DNA of 64,000 nucleotides from positions 1 to 64,000 of IMG/VR virus record IMGVR_UViG_3300014047_000001; one strand, written 5' to 3'. Under the pieces are notes generated by a model, which was given only the letters and a program-made list of their open reading frames with translations, did not search any database and was not told where the DNA came from. Numbering within the stretch: the stretch's first letter is position 1; each line of letters opens with the position of its first letter. This document shows positions 33,585 through 47,800 of the stretch, piece after piece. This DNA is from a virus (Duplodnaviria; Heunggongvirae; Uroviricota; Caudoviricetes). Both the position numbers and the translations under genes were made by a program.

Positions 33585-34064
33585 ATGAAAAGTTTTAGCA
33601 CAGTATATAATAATTCTAAGAAAGAAGTTTTAGCCACAAGGGCATCATTATATGAATCTCAAAAAGTACAGATCGTGAATGTTTTAAAGGAAGCATACAT
33701 GATCACGGGTAATATTTCCGATATGCCTATGGATGTACAGCGTGAGTTAGCAACAAAGGTGCTCGAATATTGGTCACCTAAAACCGGTATCAATAGAGCT
33801 GGCTTAAAATTGTTAACGGAAAATGAAATCACACTTTCTCCTCGTTCAACAAAAGAGGACATTAAGTTGTATATTGAAAAACAAGTTAAGAAGCATCTTG
33901 CTGCTATTACTGAAGCTTATCGTAATAGTAATGTTACTGCAGTTACAGAAGCGTTTAAAGAAGATATTGAACCACAAGTTAAGAAGACTCTTAAAGAATC
34001 TTTCATTAACAATACAGTTTGGAGCGTTATTTCAGACCGTATTAAGAATGGTATTAATTATTAA
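33585..34064 (+). CDS. hypothetical protein
   Basis: 159-aa ORF ending at TAA. Confidence 0.5.
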   Translation: MKSFSTVYNNSKKEVLATRASLYESQKVQIVNVLKEAYMITGNISDMPMDVQRELATKVLEYWSPKTGINRAGLKLLTENEITLSPRSTKEDIKLYIEKQVKKHLAAITEAYRNSNVTAVTEAFKEDIEPQVKKTLKESFINNTVWSVISDRIKNGINY

Positions 34065-34115
34065 TCTGACACCCGTTAACTTCAAAATAATAAATTTTAA
34101 TTATTATAAACAAAT

Positions 34116-34146
34116 AGGACTGGTATATTCCCAGTCCTTTTTTATA
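34116..34146. terminator. rho-independent terminator (bidirectional, between convergent gene blocks)
   Basis: AGGACTGG-TATATTC-CCAGTCCT followed by TTTTTT. Confidence 0.55.
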
Positions 34147-34266
34147 TTATTATGTAAAGTTCTTTATAATATTTGCTCTTATAAACTATGCCATGGTTAA
34201 TCCGTTATATTGGCAATTCGCATCTGATAATGCTGTTGCTGTTCCATCAATAACTGCTTGTATTTT

Positions 34267-34854
34267 CTAATCTAGGTTTGTAGTAGATGCTTTTATTATA
34301 TTTGCTGTTGCTAATCCAGAATCTTCTCCGAAATACATTCTACCATTTCTTATTGTTACTGCTGTTGTACCGTCTTCAGAAATATAAGGAACTATATAAT
34401 CGCCATTCTCTAAATTATCTTGTACAGCAGATTTAATTTCTTTCTTCTTAAGATTCTCATATGGTGTTTTATCTTTCTTATAATCCTGATTAGCAAATTT
34501 AAACATATTCCTAATTTGTGCTTCAACTGCCTTATTATCTGTAGTTGTTTGACCTTCCGCTGTACGAGCTTCTGCTTCTTCTTCATTAGGAATCATTAAT
34601 ATATCATCATCTTTTAATGAAAATGGATTAGATATACCAGAATATTTAAGGATAAACTCGGTATCCTTTGTATTACCATATTCTGTATTTGCTACCAAAT
34701 CTGGCCTCATTTCAAAAAATGATGACATTCTTTTTACGGTATATGACTATATCTCTGCTGCACTTTCTTTAAACATAGATGCAGCAAGATTAACGATTTC
34801 ATTACCTTTATCATCCACTATATGTGGTTTTTCATCTATAGAATGTGTAAACAT
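34267..34854 (-). CDS. hypothetical protein
   Basis: Track ORF 34267..34728 is extended 5' in frame across one TAG to an ATG near 34854. Confidence 0.4.
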
Positions 34855-34865
34855 ATAATATAATA

Positions 34866-37526
34866 TTATGTAGTAAATTTTCTTGTAATACCTAATGCTC
34901 TAACAGTTGATATATTAGAATTATTTATAAATGCTCTTGTATTAATATCTGATAATGTTTGATTTGCTTGTGATAAGGCAGCACCATTAAATTTCGTAAT
35001 AAGCTATGTATTATAATTTCCTGTATTTGATGATTCATGCCCTTGATCAAGTTTTACAGATTGATATGTACTACCAGAAACCCCAGCTTTTGCTTTTATT
35101 TCATTTGTATGCATATATCCAGGATTTCTAAAAGCAGAACCTCCAGTAAAATTATCTACGTGTGTTTCGAATTCACTTGAAGAGCGAATATAGTCAGGCA
35201 ATTCATATATAGCACCCATACCTCTATTAAACATCGACTGTATCGCCTTTTTATCACGCTGCATACCATGTTGTAAGGTATATACAACTTTAAGCTCTGT
35301 AGGAAAATCATCTGGCCCCAATTCTTCTCCAAATTGTACATCCATCTTCTCACATATCAAGTTACCAACAACAATAATAGGATTCAATGGATTACCGACT
35401 GTTAAATGCCATTCACCAACAGGATCACCAATAAGTATTGCATTCATTCCATGAATTTGTGGAGCAACAGATTTTGCAAGAACTTTTGAGTGCCACATTG
35501 TATTTAGATTATTAAATACATTATTAGCTGCAGCTTTTAAAGCATCATTATTTTTTCCACTTACTGCTTGCGCCCCTTTATCTAATATTGTAGATAATGC
35601 ATTTGTACCTTCACCAAATAATGCTGTTGTTACTGAACTTACAAGAGAACTTATACATGCTAAACCAGTTCCAAGCATACCACCTAATTTAGATGTAATA
35701 TTTGACCAATCAAAGCCTCCAGTATCACCAGTACCAAATTCTTTTACACCTTTTAACACAGTAGCAATTGCTCCATTATCACCAAAAATTTTACCATCAT
35801 AAAGTTTCTTCATGAAGTTATCACGCCATCCACCATCATGGAATGGATACATATGAGGTGTTATCATAAATCTATGGCCACCTCCCCAGAATATTGCAGT
35901 TGGAGAAACCATTTCCATACAGTTTGCCAGTATATCAAGCATTGCTGCTTTTGGATTTATACCGCCAATAGATTTTGTAACATATGTACATGTAACTTGG
36001 TAAGATGAATCAAATATAATACCTTCTTTTCTGCGTTTTACTGCTTGTATTCTATCTAACGGTCCTTGAATACGGTGTGAATATATATTTTCATATGGAT
36101 TCATATTTGCTGCTAACAGTTTCATCTGTGCATTTTCTGTCAAATCAACTTTTTTGTTTATCGCCATTGCCATTTTACCAAATGATAATATACGGTTGGT
36201 AACATTAGTACCTAAACTTAATAAGCCATTAAATGCATTATTATCAGCACCACCGAAACCACCATCACTACCAAACATTTCATCAATAACAGCTTGTGGA
36301 TCAGAACCATCTTCACCAGATACATCCCATATATCTGCAGTAGCTTCATCCCAATTAATACCCGTGGAGAATTTTAAAAAATCTTGGAAACTATTACCGG
36401 TTTCAGATCCAATATAAGAAACTACTGTACATCTTGGTGCAAACAATGTTGGTTTTTTTCCTCCGTCATTAGAAGATGTTCCTCCATTATCATCTCCGTA
36501 CATCTATTCAAATTGTAAATTATCTCTTGTTGGTGCATGATAGCGTCTTAATGTAATCAACCTATTATTTGGAATAATACCAAACCATTTACAATATACA
36601 AAATCTTGATAACTATAAGGAGTTCTGCCCCATATATCTTTATTAGACCATTCTATAATATGTGTTACTGTTGGTGATGCTACTTGTGTTATAGTATCAG
36701 GAGTACCTGTACCAGTATAACTATAAAATCTACGAGAGTCACGTATATCATACATAAAATTCTATGGGTTATCATCTGCACTTGTTGGCGCTTCAAAAGA
36801 ACCGACTAATTTTGTTAATGAATAAGGATTCATTAATGATGCAGCACCATAAAATTTACCATCTGTTTCATATTGGCGTATAACATCTTCTCCCATAACA
36901 GGAACTAAATCTCTCCTATTCTATGGAGAATTTGCAGCAATATCTACTTTTGGATCTGCTGGTTTACCATTTTTCTCCAAAGTTTTTTGGGCAACAGCAG
37001 CAGGTAACATATATACCATATCTGCAAATGCAGTAGCGACAGTATCAGAACCAAACGGAACTATTATTTTTGCTCCAGGTTCTCCATTATCAACAGCTTG
37101 TGATAATGACATATAAAATGTTTCCATACGTGATAAACGTGGATCCCATGCCATTAAATGCTAAATAGCTTCTTCATTCTTTTTTTCTGGACTTTCTTTG
37201 TCCAATTCTTCTTGTATAGCTAAACTATTCTCTCTACTACGATTTGCTAATAAATTGTCTCTTATATTATTAACAAAACTTTCTACAACTTCTCCATATA
37301 CAGTAGGATTATCCCCATACATAATAGCTAATGTATTAAGTACAGGGTTATCATAATTTTCATTTATCCATCTTTTAACATCGTCCTCTTTGTCTAACCA
37401 ATCTTTGACATTAATATCTACTTGATTACCAAATATATCTGTAAATGATTCATTAATATCTGTATTATTTGATAGATATGATGCTTTTATTCTTTCATAA
37501 AAATCATTTAATAATTGATCTGTCAT
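34866..37526 (-). CDS. virion structural protein (~886 aa)
   Basis: Track ORFs 35004..36503, 36504..36755, 36921..37154 and 37161..37526 are all in the same minus frame and abut at TAG codons. Read-through past TAG 35004 continues to TAA at 34866-34868. Confidence 0.5.
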
Positions 37527-37535
37527 TGTTAATTA

Positions 37536-39104
37536 TTTACATTATTTTATAGGACTAATAAATCTCATCTTATTAGCATTATTTGGTGTATCTACCAATA
37601 TAAGTTTACTAGCATTACGAGTAATAGGAGAATACATATCCACCTTATAAGTATCACCAATAGAATATTTATTTTCATATAATCGTATATTGCACATATG
37701 AACATTTTTATTCATATTATCAATAGTAAAATATTCTATATCAAAGCTTTCTGCTTTTATTGTATCTTCTTTGTCAATATTCTTTATCTGTTTTATCTTG
37801 CCGGTTTTTGCATTTAAATTTTCTTCTATTACTATTACATGTAATTCATTAGAGGATAAATCTACTGCAAGATAATGCCAGTTATTAAAATCAGGAGTTT
37901 TATCAAATGTATATGCCTTTAATATATTTCCAAAACGTATACATATTTCTGATTTACTTACATTAATATTATAAATATTATCTCCCTATGAATATCCGCT
38001 GAATAAATCAAATGAAGAAATCTTCTATGCCTTCCAAATACCAGTTGACCACCAATTTGTAAGTTTCTTATTAATTTTCAGCACATCTGATAATGCTATG
38101 CGTAAAACATATCCAAAATCACATTCACGAGGTTCTACCGTAGCTTTAACAGAAATCATATTACCTCTACTTAATATTATTTCATCACCCGGATGCAATG
38201 TTACAGCAGACTATGTTATTTCAAAATACCAGAATGATTTTTCTTTTGTATATATTTCTGGGAATTTTATAATTCCTTCTTCCATATCATCTGTACCTAA
38301 TATTCTAAACCACGTAGTAAATATCCAATGATTTGCTTCTAAATCATTTTTATCATATACTGCATCTACATGATATTTTATATTCTGTTTAGCTTTACTG
38401 AAATCATAGTAAGCATCTGTAATAAGATTATTCTTATAACCTTCTATATGTTCCATAACAATAGAATCTATATCATAATCTTTTAATGGATCTACATAAG
38501 TAGAATTATTATATGCTGTTTCTACTTCAACTGCAGCATCTGCTACTTCTTTAGAAATATCATCTCCAAATAATACATCTTGTGAAGTTGTAAGTTCATC
38601 AATAGAAATACGGAAGTCTTCTGATTCTCTACGAGATGCCTGACGCTGATATTTCCTCAATACACATTTATAAGAAGTTGGCATAGAAGTTAATGTATAA
38701 ACTACTTGTGAAGAAGATACTTCATATGCACGGTTTATTAATTTGATTATTAATATATCACCTTTCTAAGGCATTGTGTCTTTACCATATACAGCTTCCC
38801 AATCAGGAAGATTAATACTTATAGATAAATCACTGTCAAAATCTATACCTAATGCACCAAAAGTAAAAGTACCTGCTTGATAATCTGTTTTGTCGCATAT
38901 TACCTTTAAAGGCTTTGGACATTCTACATTACTTAATGTATATTCTTGTACTATAACATCTTCAGAATTCTCATATGGCAAAGCTCTGCACCACAAAACA
39001 TCTAAGCCTACCATCTATGTAGCAGACTGCTATAACTGCATAACTGTATTATAAACAGATGCAGCCATTGCATTCATATCTATAGGAGAATTGATTACAG
39101 CCAT
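37536..39104 (-). CDS. virion structural protein (~522 aa)
   Basis: Track ORFs 38211..38684 and 38766..39014 share a frame and are joined by TAGs. Manual translation of 37527..38210 is open apart from TAGs, until a TAA near 37536. The upstream ATG at 39102-39104 is reached across two TAGs. Confidence 0.45.
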
Positions 39105-39105
39105 A

Positions 39106-40761
39106 TTATTTTTCTATTAGTTTTTTAATTTCATAGGTATCCATTAATTTATCAATAGCATCGAAATGTGCATTTATATCATTTGAACCATTCTGAAGCT
39201 TATCCATATATCGTTGTATACCTTTTGTTGTTCCTGCTTCAGAAGCATCTTCCTCTTCACGTTCTTTTAAATATGCTTCAAAATCTTCAAGAGTTCGTTT
39301 CAAACGACTTATTTCATATAATACACCATTTATATGATTTTGTATGTTTTCTACATAATTTAAAGTCATATCTTTTGCATTTAAATAATTATCTTCTACA
39401 GCCTCTACTTTTTCTAAATATTTTAATGCCTTATTACTAAAATCTTTAATAGATTTACTGAATAATATAACTTCTTTATTAGATGAACGCTGTTTAACAA
39501 GATAGCGATAATGCTCTACGTTTTTCTGACGAATTCTTAAATTAAATGCATCAGCATATTTCAAATTTGATGATACAGGAGTAGCAATAGCTTTACCATT
39601 TTCATCAAACTCAAAAGTATATTTCTCACCATCAATAGTATAAGGAATTATATTACCCATATCATCCTTATTCCATTTATACTTTCTATATAATGTAGAT
39701 ATTGCATAATCTTTACGCTTCTCATTTCTGCTTTCGCTATTCTATGCTTTCCATGAATTATAATCTGAACGTATACCAAAGGCTGGACCTTTAATGCGGC
39801 CTTCTTCATCTTTCATAAATTCTTCCGGCATATAAATTATAACATATCCATCTTTATCCCATCCTGCTTTATTTCTAATTGGAGAGGTATTTACAAATGG
39901 ATTACCGATAACATATGGATTATATGATCCAGAACCACTACGTGGAAATATCATACCATGCGAATTTAAATAATTATATCCATATTGTTTAGCACCATAA
40001 TTAGTATTTGATAAACAATACCAATCAAGTTTTGTTCCATCAGGTAACATATCAACTCTTATGTCAGATATAAGATATTCTTTTTGTGCCATTCTATCCA
40101 AATGCTCTCTATTTGTTGGGAATGCATGACGTTTTGAATAATTATTTGTATCAACAAATTGTGTACCAAACTGAATAATTTTCCCGTCTCTGGATATTGC
40201 TAATAATTGTTTAGTTTTTCCATCAAACCAGAATACTGTATAGCGATTACTTGTACATATATCATTAAATTCATCTTTATTATCACGACATTCTTTATAT
40301 GTCATTTTCTTGAAATGATCATCAGTAATATTATACAAATCAGCATCATAATCAGTATTAACAAACCAACCAAATACACGAGGATGTGGATAATCGAATA
40401 TATGAGACATTGCCTTTATATATTTCCAAACAAGTGCATTATATTCCTTATTATATTTTTTAACTTGTTCTATAGAAAGATTATATTTTTTCATACAATC
40501 TTCTAACTTATACCATGATGTTATAGTAGAAGTTCCAAATACTTTATGGCAAACATCTCCCATTTGCTATAAATATTTCCTTGCATCACCAATTAAATTA
40601 TGATTATTACTATATTTAAAGTTGTTTGTATCTATATCAATACTTCTTTCTTTTGGAAGCATTTGAAAATATCTAAATAAGCCGCCGGGTTCATTTAATA
40701 TTTCCCTATATAAAGTTGTTGATTGTAATGATTCATTAAGGTAATTATTTAAACTAAACAT
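39106..40761 (-). CDS. structural-module protein (~551 aa)
   Basis: Track ORFs 39106..39660, 39742..40563 and 40567..40761 share a frame and abut at TAG codons 39742 and 40567. The gene ends at TAA 39106-39108, with a coiled-coil-like C-terminus. Confidence 0.5.
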
Positions 40762-40839
40762 AATAAAATATACTTCTCTATCTTTTGTAGTATTTATCTT
40801 CTAATTATAAATATAGTAATAATAAAGTATAATTATATA

Positions 40840-43800
40840 ATGGGAAAACGATTAGACTTTGCAGGTGCAGCATTTGATCCAGTTGTAATGCGCTGGTATT
40901 ATGGAAATACAGATAAAGAACCAAATTCAATATATTCAGTTAAATCAGAAGTATTTAAGTAGGGTTATGAAGATCCTACTTATATGACTTTCCGTGTAGA
41001 ATTCGGAGAATGGGGAGCATCTGTTTTACATAGAAATGCTTTTACAATGCATGGAGGAATGGTATTGAATTCATAGCATCAAGATTATGATCAATTACCA
41101 AATGGCTTATTGGATTTACATTTTATTCCTGAAGAAACTTAGGAACAATATCCATTTTATACATTTAATAATCAAACATATTATAATGCTTATAATTATC
41201 TTAAACAACGTAATGAAGATGCAAGAGCAGAATATTTAAAGGCTTTTGTAACGGGATTATTTGAAATACAAAAAGATCACCCATATCTTTTTCAGAGTAT
41301 ATCAGGATTAGATGGTTTAAGCAATTTTTCACCAGAAAGTGGTCAACGTTTAAATAAAGATACATTTGTTACTATAGAATGTATTGAAGGGTTATCATTA
41401 AAGATAAAAACATTATTACAATTATATAGAAAGGCTGCATGGGATGATGCATGGCAAAGATGGGTTTTACCATTAAATATGCGTTAGTTCAAAATGATCA
41501 TTTATATTTTTGAACGTCGTATGTTTTAGGAAGTTAATAGGGTAAGTCCATTTACTTCTGAAAAACAATTACATACTGTAAATACAGATATTCCTGTTTA
41601 TGCATTTGAATGTAATCCTTGTGAATTTGTAATAGAGAATATATGGAATGGTAATTATGATGCAACATGGGGAGGTGATGCTGAAAAAACAAAGATAACT
41701 ATCCGTGTCAATAATGTAATGACATATTATAGAAATGGTTTACTTGATAGAAAATTGAATAATATATTAATTTATGATTTATTTGATGCTATAGATCGTC
41801 AAAGTACCACTACAGTATATAGTTCCAATACTAATATGTCTGTAAATCAAACAAAAGGTCAATTCTTAAAAAAACATATATTATTAGAAAATGAAGATGT
41901 TGCTATAAATGATTCTCGCATAATGTATGGTACAGGTGAAGAATTATTAGATGAGGATCCATATATAGCAGAACCATATTATAGAGAAATAATTAATACC
42001 ATGATGCCTCATTCTTTATTAGGTGAACGCATAAAAGCTAATTGGTGGCATGAAGCTACGGTAGAAGGCCGTGATTACTGGAGTAGCATGAGCGGATGGG
42101 ATGGTTTATTTGGCGGAGGCACATGGAGAAATATTGGTAAAGGCTTATGGAATGTTATAACTGCTGCTACTACGCAAATTCGTGTATCTCAGAATTACAG
42201 CACTCATAATTCTACAGTATTTTATAATATTCTTGATTATATAGAAACTGAAGGTTCCCCTGCAGAAGAAACTTATAGTATGGCTACTGAATATCTTTTA
42301 CCCGTACGTAAAGATTTGAAACATAATGCAGATGCAGCAACTCGTGGAGAATCTTCATGGGCTACAAGAGAAGTAGGTAAAGGCAAATTCAGAGATTAGT
42401 CAAGAGAATTGGATGCAATAGATTCTGAAGCATTAACAGAGAATGATTATTCATGGGCAACAGATGATAAAGATGCCGAAGGAAATCATGATTGGACAAA
42501 ATTCAGAGATAATCCTAATAAACGTCAAAAATCAAAATTTAACTGGAATAAAATAGATTCCAGTACAATGACCGGTGGAGATTTTTCATGGGCTACTACT
42601 GATTATAATGAAGCAGGAAATGTAAAAGGAAATGATTGGTAGAATTCTGCACAATATAAATCATCAGAAGTACCTCGTCAAAAGAATGGATTTGTATGGA
42701 ATAATATAGATTCTAATACATTAACTGGTGGAGATTTTTCATGGGCTACAGATGATAAGAATAATCATACAGATCATAAATGGGAAGATTTTGATAAAGA
42801 TCATATGCAAGACGGCCAACGTTAGAAACAAGCATTTGTTTGGAATAGTATAGATTCTAATAAATTATCGGAAAACGAAAGGTCAAAAGCAACGAAAGAT
42901 GGTAATAAAATACAAGAAGGACTTAATAGAGATTTATTAACAGAATATGATTATTCATGGGCTACTCAAGGAGAAGGATAGAAAGAACATGATTCTAATA
43001 TGGCATTCAGAAAACCCGATAATACTGAAAGAAATTCTGTTATAGATAAACCTATAGAAAGCGGGGGTATAGATTCTGCTGATTTAACAAATTATGATTA
43101 TTCATGGGCTACTCAAGACCTTATGAATGAATATGATCATCCTGTAAAAATAAAAGGTGGAGGGTTAGATACATCTATAAGAGAATAGAATAATAATATT
43201 CAAGTATCATTAGAAGATCCTCGTCTAGATCCTAGTTTAAATTTAATTTCAGTTGAAAGAAAAGATCGCAAGGGCAATAATGAAATATAGTATCCTATTT
43301 TAGATACATCTCGTGGATATGAAAAAACATTTAATTCAACAGATTTTTCCAATAGAGAAATGAATGAGCAGCTTCCCCCAACATTAGAAAGGGAATCTAA
43401 AAATTTTGTAAAACCTAATCTAAGAACTGTTGATGATACTGAACGTGGTATAAATGAAGAAATAATATTTGCTGGTTTAGATGAACGTACATTAAATACG
43501 GATATTGTATATGATCCATTAAAAGAAAGAAAATTAGATAAACCGGAATTCAGAGATATTGATAATGAACGTACTTTACCAGAATCACAATTTGGTGAAA
43601 TTCAGGGTACACGTAATATTGACAGAGATATTCAAATGAAATTAGAAAATCCTCGTTCAATACCAGAGCAAATAATGAATAATACTGAAGAAGAAAGGAA
43701 ATTTGACAGTAATTTACGTGAAACAGATTTTAAGGATCGTACAATAAATCAAAGCGTTGAACCATTAGAATATCAAGATAGAGAATAGAATAATAATGTT

Positions 43801-44877
43801 CATTTATAGATAGAAGATGCACGAGAACTTCCAAATTATCAAAATAACCAAAATGTATTAGAAGAGCGTAAAATTATTGATCAAGCATTAAGGCAACCAG
43901 ATAAAGAATTAATACGTCCGGAACATAGTTTAACTTCTGTAGATACGCATAAACGCGGTATAAATGATAATAGTTATTTCTCATTACAAAATACAGAAAG
44001 ATTCATAGATAATAATATTCAAATAGAAAATTATGAAGCACGTGTTATTAATGAGTAGCAATTAAGGAGTTTGAGCGATGAAGAAAGAAAGCAGGTAGAA
44101 GTTGTATTAAATCGACCAGATATATTAAATTATATTAGTAAAGCAACTAATGCAGCATTTAATGCAGAATTCCGTAAGGTTGATCAAGAATCATCAAGAA
44201 TAGACGCGACTGCTAAAGGTATGTTATAGAACTCTGAAGTATTCAAGAATTTACAATATGATGAAAATATAAAGGACAAGGATTTGACACAAGTTTTGGC
44301 TTTTGCAAAAGCTTATTCAGACGAATCTGACGCGATGAAAAATGCTTTCATTACTCGTATATAGGGGTTATAGAAAGAACTCAAAGAACAAACATTAAAC
44401 ACAGTCAGAGACATTCCTGAAATGGAGTATTAGATAATGAAAGATGAGAAATCGGAAAAGCAAGAACCTATTCTATTATCTGTAGAGCAAGTAGAGCAAA
44501 TAAAGAATAATGTAAAACTTGCTTCATTGGCAGACGCAGAAATAAGAGATTTATCTTATAAAGGTTTAATTTCTTTACATGATGCATTGGAGAATAATAT
44601 TGTAAAAACAATGATATTATAGAAACCTGATACCGTTGATGATAGAAGTATTGCAACAGATTTAGATAATCCACCTAAGCCAATTATAAATGGGAAAATA
44701 GATTAGGGGGAAGATAAAGATCCAAAGAAAATTGTAAATGGTAAGACAGAAGGTAATAATGCAAAGAATCTATATAATAATATTAGCAATGCAAAAATTG
44801 AGCAACCATCTAAGAAGCAAAGACCAATATTAGGACATAGATTAGATGATAAAAAATATAAAAAAGAGGGTTAGTAA
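40840..44877 (+). CDS. giant virion protein (1345 aa) with tandem (D/E)(Y/F)SWAT repeats
   Basis: Frame 1 is open from ATG 40840 through track ORFs 41719..42399, 42409..42642, 43000..43188, 43360..43788 and 44437..44622, crossing about 25 TAGs, to TAA 44875-44877. Confidence 0.55.
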
Positions 44878-44895
44878 AATTAACCCTCTTTTTAT
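44866..44895. terminator. rho-independent terminator (bidirectional)
   Basis: AGAGGGTTA-GTAAAAT-TAACCCTCT followed by TTTTTAT. It lies between convergent genes. Confidence 0.5.
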
Positions 44896-47800
44896 TATTG
44901 ACCTTCATTTTCAAAAACAGTATTTTGTAATTGTATCTCTGCTGTTCTATAATTATATGCATTATAATTATCTATTGTAAATTGTCCACCTGCATATTGT
45001 ATAGGGTTATTACCATAATAATCTTTTGCAGTTTTCCAGAAATCATCCTGGTGCTCATCATCTGTTCCAATATGTATATGCTTGCTTTGCGTACCCATAT
45101 CATCTGTGGAAACCTCTATATAAGCAGAAACACCATGATCATACATAAGCTTTAATACACCGCCATTACCAAATATATGATTCTTTAATACGTCATTAAA
45201 AGATATACCGTTATTAATTATATCAATAGCTTCACCATATAAATGTCTAGAATTATTTGTACTGATATACATTATATTTCCACGAGCATCCTTACATTTA
45301 TACTTATCTCCACTCTTTACAAATGCATTACCTTCAACTTTTTCTCCATTAGTATCTACTGCATATCTCCTTGCACCAACGAGTTTTATTTTATGTGCAG
45401 AAGACTCATCTATAGCTCTGTAAATATCTTTCATGAAATCTTTTAAACCAGTCAAAGGTACATCACCCACGTTATCTTCTTCAGCTACTTTATTATCCTA
45501 AGAAATTTCTTCTTCTGTTTTATTTGCTGTTACGTTATCACCTGTTGGTGTATTTGGATTAGGATTTGTACTTTCATTTGTAGGTATATTATTCTATTGT
45601 TCCGCTAAAGAATTCTTTACATTTTGATAACCAGGAATTGGCCATTCTCTGCGTGTTAATTCTAATTCTGTAGACCATGCTGATTCAGCGCGCTTTGGCG
45701 TACTTGTAAATATCCATTTAATAGATTTAATAATAAACCATCCAGATAATGTTGTATAAGTACAAGTGTTTAAGAAACGTGCATGCAAAGTATTTTCATC
45801 AACTTTTACTTCTTTTCCTGTAGATGGATCAAATGTTACCGGATTAGTGCTCAAAAGTGATGTTAATTTGTTATTGTCCAAGAATAATGTAGGAATTTTT
45901 TCACCTCTCATCATTGCAAAGTTTGCGCCATTCAATTTAACCTTTACAATCTTCTTAAGTAATTGCATGTTATTAATCTTATTATGCTCAAAAGCGGCAT
46001 CATAAAATTTATTAACATTACCGGTAGCTAATTCATTACTTCCTGTATCTGCAATAGTTTCTCCATCGGAATCTGCCATCATATCAGAATCTCTACCTCC
46101 ACGTTTCTTTGTATTCTATTTAACATAAGAACCATTATCTGCTTGTACATAAGTTCCATTAGTACCTGGACCTACTAATATATAGAAACCACCATTTGGA
46201 TATTTAGCAGCATTATATGGTATTGAATATGTCATTTCTACTGCATTATTATCTGGTTCAACGCCCTGATTATTAATAACAAAATTTGTTGTTACTGATA
46301 TACCAACCTGCTTTGTTATTTCTGCTGCTTGATTGACTTCTTTAAAATCTATAGCATATAATGCTGTACCAGCTTCATCATCATTCGGTATATTTGTAAT
46401 TAATTTCAACTACGGACGCGGAGCTGATTTTTGTTCTCCATCTGTTGCAGAACCATGCTGATTATCTACACCTCTATTATGCTTAAACACATCATTAAAT
46501 AAAGTTATATCAAATGTTTCATCAGGACCGTCTTCACCAAGCATTTTATTAACATTCAAGAAAGTCAATCCATAACGGGGATCTATCCAAGCATCAAAGA
46601 ATGATTCAAAGTTTTTCCATGAATGTGCAACTGTATCCTTAATATAATCCATTAAATTTGAACCTTGTGCTTTACCCTCTTCATCTGAAGATTCTGCCAT
46701 ACAATACCATAATTGGTTGTCATCTGTATTTTCTGGATCACAGAAGAAAAAGCCTAATCCTAATTTTGCTGCTGCATCTATCATTGCATCTCTACTAGTT
46801 CCTGCAAAAGAGAATGACATATTAGCATTATGTAAATTAGGTATAAACAATTCGCCCATTATGGTAAAATTATAAGGAACATTTAATTGATTCTATGAAA
46901 CTTCACTACTATCTACATAAGTTATAAGAAAATCACAACGTAAAGATTTTATCATACCATGACCTGGCGAACAGAATACTGCAATAATATCGCCTTCTTT
47001 TGGAACATTTGTTTTTAATAAGTCATTATTAGTTGTTGTAATTTCTAATGTAATTGTAGGAATAAATCCTACACATGCTATTTCCATTCTATCTATTTCT
47101 TTCTATGAGAAATAATAATCATTAATACGAATAATAGGATATGTAGCGCCAACTTCCAATGTAATATCTGGCTGATTTCCAGAAAGCTTCTAAGAACCTG
47201 CAGACATATCTTCAACATTTGCATATGTTGCTGTACTTGAATCCGCTGAATAATGCATACCAGTAGCAGGATTTATAGGTGTATTATTACCATCCATTGG
47301 TAAAGATAATTCGTCAAGCTATATAGTAGGTTCACTATACTTATAAATACGTGTACGTTTTTGTCCGTCTTCAGTACCACCAGCTGATAACTATGAATAT
47401 ATATTATCGCCGGCAGTTGCCAATACACTTGGTGCATTAGAAGAATATTGATTCTATACACCTGCAAGCTGATCATAATAATTATCCATATTATTTTCAT
47501 CTATTGGTGGAGTGGGTGCATTTCCATCATATCCTTCTGAATAAAATAAATTTGCTTCTCTTATTCGACGTCTTCTTAAGCCTTTTTCATGGCGAGAACC
47601 CGGTAATACATAAGAAGATTGCCATGTAGTTGTAACCTTTGATTTATTTTTATATCCATTACCCTATATAGTTTTTCCTAATGTAGTACGTGATATATTA
47701 CCATGATTATATGCAATACTAAACATAGCATCAAACATACTTTGCGTCATACCAGTATGCCATATTTTGTTTACATCCGCAGAAATAGTTTTTGAATCCT

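Noticed and set aside
31162-34200. ORFs 31162..31350, 31241..31558, 31909..32163, 33659..33862 and 33823..34200
   Set aside because: They are antisense or alternate-frame ORFs inside better-supported genes (tape-measure-like, coiled-coil, 33585..34064) or span a terminator.
37527-37540. Merging 34866..37526 and 37536..39104 into one 1412-aa gene
   Set aside because: My manual reading shows a TAA at about 37536-37538, 11 nt upstream of the next ATG, so two genes are reported. The track frames are identical, so this junction should be re-checked computationally.
35156-40506. ORFs 35156..35353, 36154..36417, 38098..38331, 39168..39440 and 40207..40506
   Set aside because: They are shadow ORFs inside the minus-strand structural genes.
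44468-46005. ORFs 44468..44674, 44931..45155, 45243..45446, 45766..46005 and 47273..47500
   Set aside because: They are shadow ORFs inside the giant repeat protein or the dual-lysin gene.
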